A stretch of DNA of 62,511 bases, filler included, from Basidiobolus ranarum (GCA_040143965.1; 40 parts of 40 records of this genome joined end to end with filler, not necessarily neighbours in it); one strand, 5' to 3'; positions 12,563-26,184 are shown, counted from the first letter of the whole stretch. Numbers and translations are program-made. The notes: generated by a model not told the origin, from the letters alone.

Positions 12563-13511
12563 GTTTTGGTTGAACTTTGCTCAACTATTGATTTACTACG
12601 TAATTGGGGATTACAATCTCTTCACTTGCACTATTGCTGGAAAGGAACATATCTGGTAAATTGATTAATGCTTCATCATTACTTGAGTTAGTTTTTGTCA
12701 TGTTAATGCCTTGCAAAGTGGAAAGTGCATTGCTACACTGCTCATCAATTAAGTCCTCTACACTTGCTGGTTTTTTTCCTTTTGTGCCAGCAGGCTTTGG
12801 CTTGGAAGCCAATTTTGACTTAGATTTTGAAGATGGCGTAGGTATTTGTACATAGTAAAATATTGATCCTCACATTTAGCATGTGTTATTTAAATTCTGA
12901 TAATTTTTGCATTAAACTATATTTAGAATGGTAAACTACTGGGTTTATGGCTGTAGAAATGTGAATTCATATGCATGCCCTTATTTAAAAATTTTAGGCT
13001 TAGTATTCTAGCCATAACAAGAATCAAAGAATACAAGAATCTAGTTGTGTTTAGTCTCTAGATATGCACATACATTACTGCTCATATATAACTCAACTAC
13101 ATCAACATGTTTTACAAGCAAACTAATAGTAGAAAAATTGCTAAACATCTGAAATTTTGAATTGCAGCAACACTTGGCAAATAGCCCACTCTTGTTACAG
13201 TTCCCAATGAGAATAAGCTCTTGGCAAATTTCTGTAAATCAATCCGCTAAAATATTCCCAACCTGCAGTCAACAAATGTTTTGCCACAAGAAGATCTGTG
13301 ATTGCTTGAATAGATTACCACATGCCTAAACCAGTAATACTGTGCATCTTGTTCTATCTCACCCAGAAGTCTATCTTGCAGCTTTCGTAGAAATACCAAC
13401 TGATTATTGCACAAATAAATTATTCCAATATATAGAGGTACCTACTGTGAGTCCTTGAATTGGGCTTTGTTGCTGTTTTTGTGCTTAAGCAATGCAAAAG
13501 CCCATGTGCAC
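12563..13511. mobile_element. Rearranged CACTA fragment: ORF2 start (-) joined to left subterminal/transposase 3' region (+)
   Basis: 12563-12830 matches the reverse complement of 58500-58765; 12830-13511 matches 60200-60890. Confidence 0.75.
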
Positions 13512-14031
13512 ATTATTTATTGTCCAGAAATAAAGCATTTGTACTTTTTTGGTGGATATATAGAAAACTAACACTGGGGTTGTGTTCAGAATCTCTGTGG
13601 GAGTAAAATAAGCTATCTTTGGGGCAATTTGGATGAGTTTGAAATTTCCAATATGGAATTGCTAATTTTCACCTTATTCACATATATATAATATATGTTT
13701 TGATTTTCAGCAAAGTGAAATTTGACCAAGTAATGTTAACCAACTTATATGTGATATATGAAATAGTTAGGTGTATAAAGATAGAGAAAACAATTATGAT
13801 AAAGACAATAAACTTCAACACTCCCACTCAACTAATTATTGATATATCTTAATCCTAACTTAAAGCTTAATTCTTGAAATTTAGGCTTGCATAATGGTTT
13901 GGTAAGGATGTCAGCAATCATGTCCTCAGTCAGACAGTACTCCTGTTGAACATGCTTATTCTCAATAGCTTCCTTAACAAAGTGATGTTGAATATCAATA
14001 TGATTACTTCTAGCATGAAATTTGGGATTTT
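13512..14031 (-). mobile_element. Copia RNase H end, PPT and 3' LTR family B (13512-13820)
   Basis: NPKFHARS.HIDIQHHFV..MIADILTKPL; AGTTGAGTGGGAG PPT followed by TGTTGAAG. Confidence 0.92.
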
Positions 14032-14131
14032 NNNNNNNNNNNNNNNNNNNNNNNNNNNNNNNNNNNNNNNNNNNNTTAATTAATTAANNNNNNNNNNNNN
14101 NNNNNNNNNNNNNNNNNNNNNNNNNNNNNNN

Positions 14132-14792
14132 CTTTGCTGTCACTTTTGATGATGGACCAATAGAATACACTGGAAAACTTCTTGACGCTTTGAAAGCCAA
14201 GAAGGTTAAAGTGACATTCTTCGTGGTTGGTGAAAGTAAAGAATTTCTTTATATGTCTGGTTGAATTTGATTCATTATCTCAACGTCCTCTTTGTGTCTT
14301 TTAGCTCTTCTTGAAGAACAAAACCGTAAATACCTCAAGCGTGCCTATGATGAAGGTCATCACATCGCTTCCCACACCTATACCCACATCAGTCTTTCCA
14401 AATCTTCTGATGATGTTATTCGTTCCGAGATGCAAAAGACTTCGGATGCTATTTTTAAGGTCATTGGTAAGCGTCCCCAATACATGCGTCCTCCTTATGG
14501 TGAATACAATGCCAAGTCACTTGCTATCATGAAGGATATGGGCTACAAAGTCATCTACTGGGATGTTGACACTCTTGACTGGCAGCACAAGAACTCTAAG
14601 CAGACTCTCAAAGTCTACAAGGATGTTCTTGCCAAGGCCAATGCTAAGAATGATCGCTTCATTTCCCTTCAACATGATATTCAATCGAGTACCATTGATG
14701 TTGCTTCACAAATCTTGACTTCAGTCATTAAGGCTGGATTCAAGATAACCACAGTTCCTGACTGCTTGGGAGATACTGGATTGTACTTCTAA
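14132..14792 (+). CDS. CE4/NodB polysaccharide (chitin) deacetylase, 5'-truncated; intron 14236-14304
   Basis: TFDDGP, HTYTH, RPPYG, DTLDW and LQHD motifs all intact; GT-AG intron restores frame. Confidence 0.95.
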
Positions 14793-15352
14793 AGGATTAG
14801 ATGTTCTAAAGACCATCTAATTGAAAATATTTCGAACTTGCTAATATTCATATCATTAGTTAATTTAATAAATAGCATCTACAGTATCAATTGGATATTT
14901 ACAGGAGATTAGCAATTACGAGAATAAAAACGAAAATGATTCACCCTAATCACTAACTCGTACATGAAGCATTCAGTCTTACCACATTTAGTGGCTATCG
15001 CACAGCATAGAACTGAACAATTGGGGTGAAAACGTTCAGGTTATGGCAGTTACACTTTTTCCTCAACTTCAAAGTGGCATAGCATTTACCGAATCAGTGG
15101 TCAAGAAATTAGTTACACATTATGCAAAAGAAGAGATACCGAATAAAGTAGTAATAAGATTGCTTCATCAGCTTACATGCCAATTTGAAATATATCAAAC
15201 CATTTATTTTTATGTAAATATCAAAACTGTAACTTGAATGCGAGTTATTCAAAAATGGTTTCAATAATTTCACTTGATAATTGCAAAAGCCTACATTATA
15301 AAGTTATATAAATACTTCATTATTAGCTAACTATAATATAATCTGAACTATT

Positions 15353-15600
15353 TTAATGGTATAAGCCGGAGTCACCGAGACAATCAGCAACAGTGGTGAT
15401 CTTGAATCCTGATTTGATCACAGTGTCAAGAATACCAGCAGCGGCTTGGATAGTGCTGGGCTGGATGTCATGTTGGAGAGAGATGAAGCGGTCATTCTTG
15501 AGACTGGCCTTGGCGAGGACATCCTTGTACACCTTGAGGGACTTGGCTGGGTTCTTATGTTCCCAGTCAAGAGTGTCAACGTTCCAGTAGATGACCTTGA
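15353..15600 (-). CDS. CE4 deacetylase paralog, C-terminal fragment, convergent with 14132-14792
   Basis: KVIYWNVDTLDWEHKNPAKSLKVYKDVLAKASLKNDRFISLQHDIQPST...TVADCLGDSGLYH*. Confidence 0.93.
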
Positions 15601-15700
15601 NNNNNNNNNNNNNNNNNNNNNNNNNNNNNNNNNNNNNNNNNNNNTTAATTAATTAANNNNNNNNNNNNNNNNNNNNNNNNNNNNNNNNNNNNNNNNNNNN

Positions 15701-17168
15701 GGGCATTTGGTTTTGATATAGACTGCAGTTGAGACAGATTCAGCCCAATATTGGTAATCTAACTTTTGATCATGTAATATTGATCTTGACATCTCCACTA
15801 TGGTCCTATTAGCACATTCTGCAACTCCATATTGCTGTGGAGTATAAGCTACAGTAGTTTGTTGCTTAATTCCATATTTTGAGCAAAAACTAGTAAAGTC
15901 TTTAGAGCAGTATTCCCCACCATCATCACTCTTTAGTACCCTTGTTTTTTGTGCTAATTCTTTCTCTACCATGGCTATGCCATGCTTGAACACAGCTAAG
16001 ACTTGAGATTTGGAATTGAAAAGGAATACCAAAGTATATCTTTTTTTGTCATCAATAAAGGTCATAAAGTACCTTTTCCAACCTAATGAGATATCTTTCA
16101 TGGGCCTACATAGGTCAGAATGAATCAGGGCAAAATTCTGAGTTGAATTGATCTCTCCAGAGCTTGAAATGGTTCTCTGTGTTGTTTTCCATACATGCAT
16201 TCTTAACACAGATCCAATTTAATGATATTTTCAATTTCTAAGTCTGAAGCAAGCCGATTTCAGATCATTTGGGTCAACTGTTGTTCTGCAATATAGCCTA
16301 GTCCTTTATGCCATGTTCTATTGCTTATTTCACTGGTTTTGGCCATGTTTGCATGCTCAGAATGCAATTTGTTGATTTCCGGCTTGTATATGCTTTGAGT
16401 TTTGACTTCAGTAGCTAATTTGGTGTTGTTCTAATCTGTGATAGTGCATCAAGCTTTGCTAAAAACAAAATTTAGTCCTTGAGTTGTGGCTTGGCTTACT
16501 GAGAGTATATTCTTGGCTATATTTGGAACATAGAGTATATCATCCAATTTTGCAGAAGGTGAAGCTGAATTTTGGTCCAAATTAAGCACAACTGTGCCCT
16601 TACTAGCTACATCTAGTGCATAGTCATCACCCAAGTAGACTTACATTGTTTTAATTGGTTTTAAGCTGAACACCAATCTTTCTTGTTTGACATATGTGGG
16701 GAAGCCTCTGAATCTATGTATTTATATACCTTTCTGAGTCTTTTTTAGTGGTTACTGATAGGGCAGACACAAACAGATGATCCCTATCAGTGCTTACTTG
16801 ATTTGCTTGTTGCAATTTTAGCTTTTTGGCAGAAATCCTTTTTCTGCAGTCTTTGATTAAATGGCCTGGTTTCTTGCAATAGTTGCAGATGATTAATTTC
16901 CTATTAAGGACAACATTATTGAGGCATGTTGGATGTCTTACAGCTCCAAAAAGAGCCTGTTCTGTGTTATGTTGCTGAAAAATAGATCTCCTTAAACTCC
17001 TCATTCAAAAGCCTAGCATCAACATATTCCTTTGTTAATAGCTCTGATCTTGATCTTAGGGCAATTATGAGGTTCCCAAACTTGTCTGACAGACTCCCAA
17101 GTAGTGTCATGACTAGGTCATCTTCATCTAATAGTGTCCAATGGATGCAAGCTGACCTGCTATTGTTT
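15701..17168 (-). mobile_element. Ty1/copia gag-pol fragment (same family as 1-1472)
   Basis: CNYCKKPGHLIKDC knuckle; IHSDLC..KRYFMTFIDD..SDDGGEY..TPQQ.GVAE.ANRTIVEM. Confidence 0.96.
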
Positions 17169-17268
17169 NNNNNNNNNNNNNNNNNNNNNNNNNNNNNNNN
17201 NNNNNNNNNNNNTTAATTAATTAANNNNNNNNNNNNNNNNNNNNNNNNNNNNNNNNNNNNNNNNNNNN

Positions 17269-17957
17269 AGTGAGTTTAGACTCAACTGTCCCACATACCT
17301 AATTTGTCACACCATTTCAAAGATCTGCATTTCCAGAGTCAGATATACTGGCAAAAAAGCTTAATTTCATCATAGAACCAGGTACACTAGTTGCAGGAGT
17401 GCTAAATTTGGAAGCTTATCCAACACCTGGCACCTCTCAACCAGCCAAAGCACCAGCAAATAAAACTCATGGCTCTCCAACCTCAACTGGTAAGAAGATA
17501 ATACAAAATGGCACCATATTGCAGGGCATCTGCCAGATAGCTGGAAGAATGTTGATTCAGCAATGTTAATACAATGGTAGGCTCTGATGGAGATATTGAT
17601 ACAAACTCTTGTTGGATATGAGCTAAGCATTGGGTATGAAGAACTCTATAAAATTATTCAGGAGAATATATCAAAGAAACTATGATTTTAAAAGGTGACA
17701 AATTAGTGTTCAAGTGGTAAATGTGTAAAATTTGAGTTACATTTTTCACACATGCATTGATCCTTAGGTCTCTGAGGTTGTAGCCAATCATGTGCATCTA
17801 TTTTGCAAGATCTTAAAGTTTACTCCTGAAACTGAAAAAATTGATTAACATCAAATCTAAATTGAAGATTTTATGATGGTAAGTAAACAGTCAATCCCAA
17901 ATGGATTAAAATTGTGATGGTTTTCCTATGATAACAATCCCCAAATTTCTGTTAGGG
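17269..17957 (+). mobile_element. CACTA ORF2 3' end and right terminus (..TTTCTGTTAGGG), inserted in a copia gag
   Basis: Matches 44430-45263 with a deletion; ends in the reverse complement of the CCCTAACAGAAATTT terminus. Confidence 0.82.
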
Positions 17958-18727
17958 AATGGTGACTCTATGAATTAGTGATTTAATGTCTTCTCCTGGC
18001 TTCATCTTTAAGTTAAAGAATGTTCTTCTTAGAAACATCTTTTTGATAGCAGAGCATGTTTGGTAGGTATCTTCCAAGGCTTTCCATACATTCTTGGCAG
18101 TTTTAGCTCTTGAACACTGAATTAGCAATTTGTCTTGAACATTAAGACAAATTGAGTTAAATGCACTTTGATCTTTTTTAACCTGGATTGAATCTTTGGT
18201 TTCAGATAGTTTTGCATTGTTTTCTTCTCCTACAACAGTGTCCCAAAGTCCTTTTTCTTTCAGCAGCATTTTTATTTTAATTTTCCAAACTTGAGAATTG
18301 GTTTGATTCAATATTTCAGAAGAGAGAGAAGTTCCATAAATTTGAGAAGTAGACATTACAGAGAGTGCAAGCTTGGGGTTCATAATCTGTAAAGTATTTG
18401 GGAGTCTGTTAGAAGTGGTTTGGAGAATTAGAGGAATTGGTGGCTTTCACTTATTGATTTACTGAGTTGACATTTATAGTTTTGTCAAGATGTAAATAAT
18501 GTAATGTGTAGAATGTGTTAAGAAAGGTCCCAGGAAGGTGTGTGCAAAGTTTGGGGCTTCTAGCACAAGTTTGAAAAATCTATATATCTGAGAACTTCCA
18601 AGTTGGTTGAAATATTCAATGTAATTTCCAATTGAGAATAATGGATAATATCTTAGTGAATTATAAGATAACTAGGTACTAAGCTATATATGACTATATA
18701 GGTGCTTGGGCAAAACTAATTTCAACA
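17958..18727 (-). mobile_element. Copia 5' LTR family A (18388-18727), PBS and gag start
   Basis: LTR then GATTATGAACCCCA (decayed GGTTATGAGCCCCA); gag N..VWKIKIKMLLKEKGLWD..AKTAKNVWKALE..FFNLKM. Confidence 0.92.
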
Positions 18728-18836
18728 GCATTGACANNNNNNNNNNNNNNNNNNNNNNNNNNNNNNNNNNNNNNNNNNNNTTAATTAATTAANNNNNNNN
18801 NNNNNNNNNNNNNNNNNNNNNNNNNNNNNNNNNNNN

Positions 18837-20304
18837 CTCCCAATGTTGCCAATGCTTATCAGGCAGAAATCTTTTCAAGATGCCACTTAAATATATACAA
18901 ATCCAATACTTCCAGTCTTTGCATTTGAATAAATGCCTAGATGAGTGGATATTGATTGGAGTCTTGGTAAAATGTGATGGTATCTTGACATTTTCAAGCA
19001 TTTTCCCATTCAATTCAAACATTGATCCTATATCAATTAGCTCATTCATATTGAATTTTCTACTATATAGATGAGTAAGTAGTATTGAAATGTTGTTGAA
19101 TAGTGAGTGGATAGTGCAAAATGGGAAGCTCTGGCTCCAGCTGATCCTCTTTAGCAATGCAATCTTAGGCTTACAGCTAATACCAAGTTTGATGTTAGAC
19201 TGACTATTTGGTGAATTGATATCAGTGATGATGTTGAAATCTGACCAGGCTGTTGATGGTAAAATCATGGAGTTTAGTGTTGTATTTGGATAGTAGTAAT
19301 ATGTAATATAATCAGCTTTATGGTGAGTACTTTGATATTGGATTAATGATTAATATGTGGGTGATTTCATTAAAACTTTGAGACAAGGAATCAACGGTAT
19401 GTAAGCCAAATATGAACAATATTTACCTGATTCAGTGATTGTCAATTGTGTGCAAACAGTATAGGACTTCAGGTTTTTCAGATCACTGGTGAAAGCCAAA
19501 CAACCATTTGGACATGCAGGAAGTTTAATTACTCAAGGATTCAAAGTCATACAATTGACAAGTGTTTTGCACTTGTACCAGGTCTGTGGCAAGCAGCAGT
19601 TGCCAATCATCTGTAGTAAAAGTGTAAGAAAAACAATAAAAACCTGGTTGCTAAGATTGGATTGAACTCTGCACTCCTCAATAATCAAAGCTGCTTCCTT
19701 TACAGTAGTGTTATGAATGGACTAGTGTTTGCCAATAACAAAGAGTCCACAACAAAACCATCATCTTATTCTTCAACTTCTGATATACTACCATCAGTAC
19801 TGGAATAACCAAGGTCAATATCCAGTTACCTGTCCTCAGAGTTGTCTGGACTTACTGGTTCAGCCAAAGTTGCATTTCTATCTACATCTTTCTGGTCATA
19901 TAACTGTGGTAACTCCATAGTATCTTAACTTTTGGCAGTGCTACCAAAACTTGGTGGCAACAAAGTCAAGTAATGATGAAGCATTAATCAATTTGCCAGA
20001 TGTGTTCCTTTCTAGTGATAGTGCAAGTGAAGAGATTGTAATCCCCCAATTGCATAGTAAATCAATAGTTGAGCAAAGTTCAACCAAAACACCGTCAAGA
20101 CCATCAAATTCCAAAATGGCTACTTTGCCCACTATTGAACAAACCTCCATAGAAAATTTGGATAGAATTATTACAAGGGAATTGCTGGCAGAACACCATA
20201 ATGATTTGTATGCAATCATAAGTAAAAACTTTGTAGTTGCTATACAGGCCATGACATACCATAACATCAGAATATTACATTTAATGCTGCATTCAGCCTT
20301 TATG
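18837..20304. mobile_element. CACTA transposase (-) and ORF2 (+) with two internal deletions
   Basis: ACPNGCLAF..L..VC..AYIPLIP(C)LKVL; SFP..IHSLFNNI; FKCKDWKYW..LPDKHWQHW; promoter region lost near 19950. Confidence 0.85.
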
Positions 20305-20609
20305 NNNNNNNNNNNNNNNNNNNNNNNNNNNNNNNNNNNNNNNNNNNNTTAATTAATTAANNNNNNNNNNNNNNNNNNNNNNNNNNNNNNNNNNNNNNNN
20401 NNNNTTCGGGTCAGTTTAAGCCTTCAAGAGCTGCTTCTGTGAATCACTTACTTTCTCAATAGATTGGTACTCAGTGCCAACTTGTTCCTCTTTAGCATGG
20501 GTAGGGATATAATAAAGACCTCGCCTATCTGAAAAGTGAGCCTTTGAGCAGTAGTTTCTGTTGTGAATATGTCATGAATTAAGACATCCTACTAATGTAA
20601 GTCTGTACA

Positions 20610-20693
20610 GCTGATTTGGCCGAGTGGTCTAAGGCGGGTGACTTAAGATCCCCTCCCGGAAACGGGGCGCGAGTTCGAACCTCGCAGTCAGCA
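20610..20693 (+). tRNA. tRNA-Leu(UAA)
   Basis: Acceptor GCTGATT/AGTCAGC, A-box TGGCCGAGTGG, anticodon loop CT-TAA-GA, long variable arm, GTTCGAAC; one mismatch in anticodon stem. Confidence 0.93.
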
Positions 20694-21594
20694 TCTTTTG
20701 TTCTAATTAGCCTCAACTCTCAAATTCAATTATTTCATATCTTCCTTATTTTGGATTCCCACGCCATTGGTTTGTAGGGATTTATCATTTCATTCACCAA
20801 TACCAGATTCATGCCAGAAATTCCTTTTCGCTCATTTTTCACCACACAATGATCCGATCAGTTATCCCAACCTGCTGCAATACTTACAAGCGCCAATCTT
20901 TGGGTGATTTGAAATGTCAACGTAGCATGGCCCTTAGGATGGCATCAGTCGTTTCATTAGATGCCCGACTGAATAACTCAGATAGTGGTGAAGTACACGC
21001 CACTTTGTTCTATCATGGCTCATTTTAATCCAATTCAAAGTCAATCATGGCAAAGCTCGATGGTTAAATGTGTAATGTCATCCATACTCTACCTACTGAT
21101 TGCGTTCCTCTGTTCCCTAAGCATTTTAACCAATACTCATTCGTGTGTGATTTCTGACTAGGATTAGGGTCGGTGAATTTCCACCTTCTGATGATAGTTT
21201 TTCCAAGCGGGAAAAAAGATGGGAAATTTGGGTTGTAAAATTCGCCACCCCTTCCTCTGAGTAGTCATGAGATGGATTAATGATAGTCATGATTCTTTCT
21301 GTTACTATGAGTCGAACCATGTACCTTACAATATACCATTAATTATTACCAGGTGAGATCCATCAACCTACTAACTAGGCCAAAGGCACATCGCAATAGT
21401 CAATGTATCATCTCTGAGCTTATGAATAGTTATGAGGCAAAGAGAACTGCGTGAAAATATAGACACCCATTCTATGGTAGAACAAGTAGATTCATTCTCA
21501 CCTTCTATTAGCATTGACTAGGAAGAAAAGAGAAATGAATCCCATGCCTGCCAATCAAAGAGTCTTACAGAAAGTCCATAAAATTAGCCATCTC

Positions 21595-21667
21595 TGGAGA
21601 TTCCGGGTATCGATCCCGGTGCCTATCGCATGCGAAGCGATCGCTCTACCACTTGAGCTAAACCCCC
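21595..21667 (-). tRNA. tRNA-Ala(CGC)
   Basis: GGGGGTT/AATCTCC acceptor with G3:U70, ATCGC-TT CGC AT-GCGAT anticodon arm, CCGGG-ATCGATA-CCCGG T arm. Confidence 0.95.
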
Positions 21668-21972
21668 ATATAGTAACGAGGACATATTTATCCAAGCTCC
21701 TATTGTAATCATTCTTTATTTTTTGGGGAGAGAGAGAGAAAGGATCGTGAGGAGATATGGTATCATTGCATTTCCAGCCATCAAGACGTACTGATTCCCT
21801 TAACCATCATCCACCAACTCAATACATGCAAAATATCAAGACTGAACCAAAATGACTCGATGTACCATACCANNNNNNNNNNNNNNNNNNNNNNNNNNNN
21901 NNNNNNNNNNNNNNNNTTAATTAATTAANNNNNNNNNNNNNNNNNNNNNNNNNNNNNNNNNNNNNNNNNNNN

Positions 21973-23439
21973 CCAATGTAACAAGTCTAATGGAAAACAT
22001 CACAGACAGCCAAAAGCAGATATATTTGGCCATTCTTTGTAAGATCAAAATCTGAATCATTAGCCACATTCAAGCATTACAAAAGAATGGTAGAGAAAGA
22101 ATCAGCAAGAAAAAATAAGAGTACTATGGGGTGATAATGGTGGAGAATACTGCTCTAAAGACTTCACTAGTTTTTGTTCTTAACATGGAATTGAGCAACA
22201 AACCACTGTACCCCAAACTCCATGGCAAAATGGAGTTGTAGAACATGCTAATAAGGCCATAGCAAAGATGGCAAGATCAATGCTACAAGATCAAAGTTTG
22301 ATTACCATTACTGGGCTGAATTTGTCTCCACTGCAGTCTATATCAAAAACACATGCCTAAGAAGATTGCTACAAAATTCCACTCCATTTGAAGCCCTGCA
22401 TGAATTAAAACTAAGTGTGGATTATCTCAGGATTGTTGATTGCACAGCATATTGCCTATTTTCAACTCCACAACTCTCTAAATTGGATTGCAAAAGTAGA
22501 AAATTCATATTCCTTGGTTACCATGATGGATCTAAGGCCTATAGACTGTTTGATACCAAAAATAGGTAGTTAATTAAGTGCAATGATGTGGTTTTTGATG
22601 AAAAAGCAAATTTTTCCCCTCATATCACTGTTATTGATCCTGAAAACTCAATCAGCACCATTCCAGAAGTGTCTGACAAAATTCCAGCTTTATCTGAGCC
22701 CTGTTCACCAAAATTTCAATGCCAATTACATCAGAGGTTGATTGAGGATCCAGAAGGAGAAATTAGCCAGGAAACAGGTGGAACACTTCCAATGAAGATG
22801 TATATGCTTCTGCAGATATTATGTGACATGCCACAGACTGTAGATCAAGCTTTGAAGTGTCCAAAATCAAAATCATAGGAATAAGCAATCTCTTAAGAGT
22901 TTTCTTCACCTCAGGGCAGCAAAGCATGGGTTTTAAGTCCTCTACCATCACAGAGAAGCCTATAGGTTGCAACTGGTTCTACAAAGTCAAAAACCAAGCC
23001 AATGGAACCATAGAAAGGTACAGAGCAAGATTAGTTGCAAAAGGTTATTCCAAGACACCAGGAGCTGATTTTAATGAATCTTTTGCTCCAGTATTTAAAT
23101 TTAGCTTCATTAGATAATTAATGGCTCTCTTGGCCATCCATAACCTGGGCCATCCATAATCTTGATCTACATCAATGGATTTAAAAACAGCCTTTCTTAA
23201 TGGAAATCAAGAAGAAAAGATCTATATGGAGCAACCAGATGGATTTGTTGACCCAAAACACCCTCATAAGATCTGTAAACTGAAAAAATAGCTACATGGA
23301 CTCAAGCAAGCACCCAAGGCTTGGTGCAATAAGATTGATACCCATTTGGAATTACCAGAATTCCAAATATAGACAGCAGATCACAGTATTTACATCAAAA
23401 CAACGGGAAATAGGATCCTTATCTTGGCACTATGAGTGG
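21973..23439 (+). mobile_element. Ty1/copia integrase-RT fragment, degenerate
   Basis: DNGGEY, KLDCKSRKFIFLGY..SKAYRL, IGCNWFYKVK..ERYRARLVAKGY, GLKQAP.AW. Confidence 0.95.
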
Positions 23440-23539
23440 NNNNNNNNNNNNNNNNNNNNNNNNNNNNNNNNNNNNNNNNNNNNTTAATTAATTAANNNNN
23501 NNNNNNNNNNNNNNNNNNNNNNNNNNNNNNNNNNNNNNN

Positions 23540-25006
23540 AGTTGACATTTATAGTTTTGTCAAGATGTAAACAAACTAACATGTAGAATATGTTAAGGAA
23601 GGTCCCAGGAACATGTGTGCAAAGTTTGGGGCTTCTAGCACAAGTTTGAAGAATCTATATATCTGAGAACTTACAAGTTGGTAAATATATTCCAAGTAAA
23701 TGCTGATTGAGATTGATTGATAATATCTTAGTGAGTTATAAGATAACTAATTACTAAGCTATATATGACTAGATAGGTGTTTAGGCAATGCTAATTTCAA
23801 CACTGTCCCTCAACTAAATAGTCATATAAACTAATCCTAATAAAGGTCTAAATTTCTCAAATTTCTGTCTAGCTAATGGTTTGGTTAATATACAAGCAAT
23901 CATGTCTTCTTTAGAACAATAGGTTAAGTCAATAAACTGATTCTCTATAGTCTCACAAATGCAGTGATGCTTAATATCAATGTGTTTGTTTATATTATGA
24001 AACATGGGATTTTTAGCTAATTTGATACAACTTTGATTAGCTTGAAATATTGCAGTTGCTGAATTTTGAGAATAACCCAAATCTGTTAAGAGTTTTCTTA
24101 ACCATATTGCTTCTTTTGTTGCTTTACAGGCAGCCATGTATTCAGCTTCTGCTGTAGAAAGTGCTACAGTAGGTTGTTTCTTTGAATTCCAAGAAATAGC
24201 TCCATTACAGCAAAAAACTAACTATCCTTTTGTAGATCTCCTGTCTTCAATATCTCTTCACCAAATTGCATCTGAATATCCCATCAGATCAAAATTTGAT
24301 CCAGAATATGTGTATTTTAAGCATAGATCCACAGTACCTTTCAAATATCTGAAAATCCGCTTAACTGCTATGATTTGATCAGATCCATAATTTTGAAGAT
24401 ATTGGCACATAACTCCCACAGAATATGCAATATCTGGCCGTGTTCCAACCATGATATACATCAAACTACCAACCATAGATTGATAAGGAAATTTCTGGCT
24501 TTCATTTGAATCCAAGAACGTCTGATTTGAGCCATTTTTGGTCAAGTTAAGATTTGTCTCCATTGGGGTAGATACTGGATTACATTCTTCCATTTTAAAC
24601 TTCTTTAGTATATCTAGGATATACTTAGACTGGTTTAAAGTTATTGTTTTGGTAGTTCTATCTATCTTAATTTGGATTCCAAGATAGTACGTCAGTTCAC
24701 CAAGATCAGTCATTTTGAATTCGGCAGATAAGCTGGATTTGGTGTTCTCCAAAGTCTTCAAGTCATTGGTTGCTATAATAAGATCATCTACATATAAGGC
24801 TAATAAAACTGGGTTTGTCTTATCTGGCCTGAAGTAGATACTATAGTCAGCATTACTCTTTTGGAATTTGAGTGTTTCTAAAAAAGTGTCTATCTTGCTA
24901 TTCCAAGCTCTTGGAGATTGTTTTAAGCCATAGAGTGTTTTCCAGAGTCTGCAAACTTTTTTAGGGTTTTCTGGGTCCACAAATCCATCTGGCTGGTCCA
25001 TATAGA
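23540..25006 (-). mobile_element. Ty1/copia RT-RNase H, PPT (23803-23815) and 3' LTR family A (23540-23802); relatively young copy
   Basis: 247-aa open frame with LYVDDL, TRPDIAYSV, GYSDA; STAEAEYMA, KHIDIK; several CpGs retained. Confidence 0.97.
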
Positions 25007-25106
25007 NNNNNNNNNNNNNNNNNNNNNNNNNNNNNNNNNNNNNNNNNNNNTTAATTAATTAANNNNNNNNNNNNNNNNNNNNNNNNNNNNNNNNNNNNNN
25101 NNNNNN

Positions 25107-25520
25107 AAGTAGTGCTTGTTTGGGCTGTAATTGACTCAGATCAACATTCCATGAAGAAGGAGTCGCGGAATATGAAGGGGCCTCTTGAGTTTGGTCTTCA
25201 ATCTGTGACTGGTTGTCTTCAGCTGGAGTCTGTTCCATTTGACCTTGATCTTGGGTGGACTCCTCATCTGCTGGTTGTTCTTGACTCTTTTGGTACACTG
25301 GCATTACTTGTGGTTGAACATAACTATACTCAGTTGCTTGAGGTGCTGCCTGATATTGGGGCTGTGTAAAGCAAGATCCAGCCTGCTCTCCGCAAGATCT
25401 ATCCTTGTAAGTAGTTTGCGCAACTGCATTTGCAAAACCTGATAGATTGTGGAGTGGTGCTGCCAAAGTTCCTTGAGCCAAGATACATGAAGGGACCAAA
25501 AGAGCTATGACGGTTTGCAT
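25107..25520 (-). CDS. Secreted Gln-rich protein of unknown function, N-terminal part
   Basis: Signal-peptide-like MQTVIALLVPSCILAQGTLAAP, Cys pair, Q/E-rich body. Confidence 0.75.
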
Positions 25521-26184
25521 TATTGACGAGTACAGAATACGAATGAATCACACGCTGTATAACCAAAAAAGACCGACAGAGTAGTATTTTATGCATTTAT
25601 CATGGGTATTCATTTAGCACACTTTTCAATCTCACAAACTATTTCTTATACTGGCAAGTATTTTTTTCGCTAACTTATACTTTAATGTATGTAAGGCTAT
25701 ACATGAGCTTGCACCATATACAGGTACTTATCTAATTGTCTTTGTATGCAAGTCACTACTTGTATGTGTTTGATATCGAGCCTAACGTTTCGAACAACTT
25801 TCTTTTGCAAGTTATAGCGCTTGGATAGGTCGAGATGCATTATAGTATCACCGACTGGCAATCCATACTTTGATCATTGCTAGTGATATTTTTGTACATT
25901 GTAGCATCCTAATAGAGAATACTTCATATCCATACATCCATAAAAATAGTGCGAGTAATTGAATTGTAAGCAAGAAGTGCTCTTTATTGAGAACTCCTTG
26001 AAGAGAGTAAGACGATTGGTGATTTACACTCGATATGAACTGTAAACATTTGGAATCTGGCATTGAAATTTGAGCATGATACAAATCATAATTGGGCCCA
26101 TGTTTATTGTAACAGAGTAAGCATGACCAAACATACAGCTATCAGGTTATACTAGTATGGCAGTACTGAGGAACTACTTAGAAC

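Noticed and set aside
20610-21667. tRNA pair as an integration hotspot
   Set aside because: No TE end or att-like duplication nearby on this contig; they look like ordinary dispersed tRNA genes.
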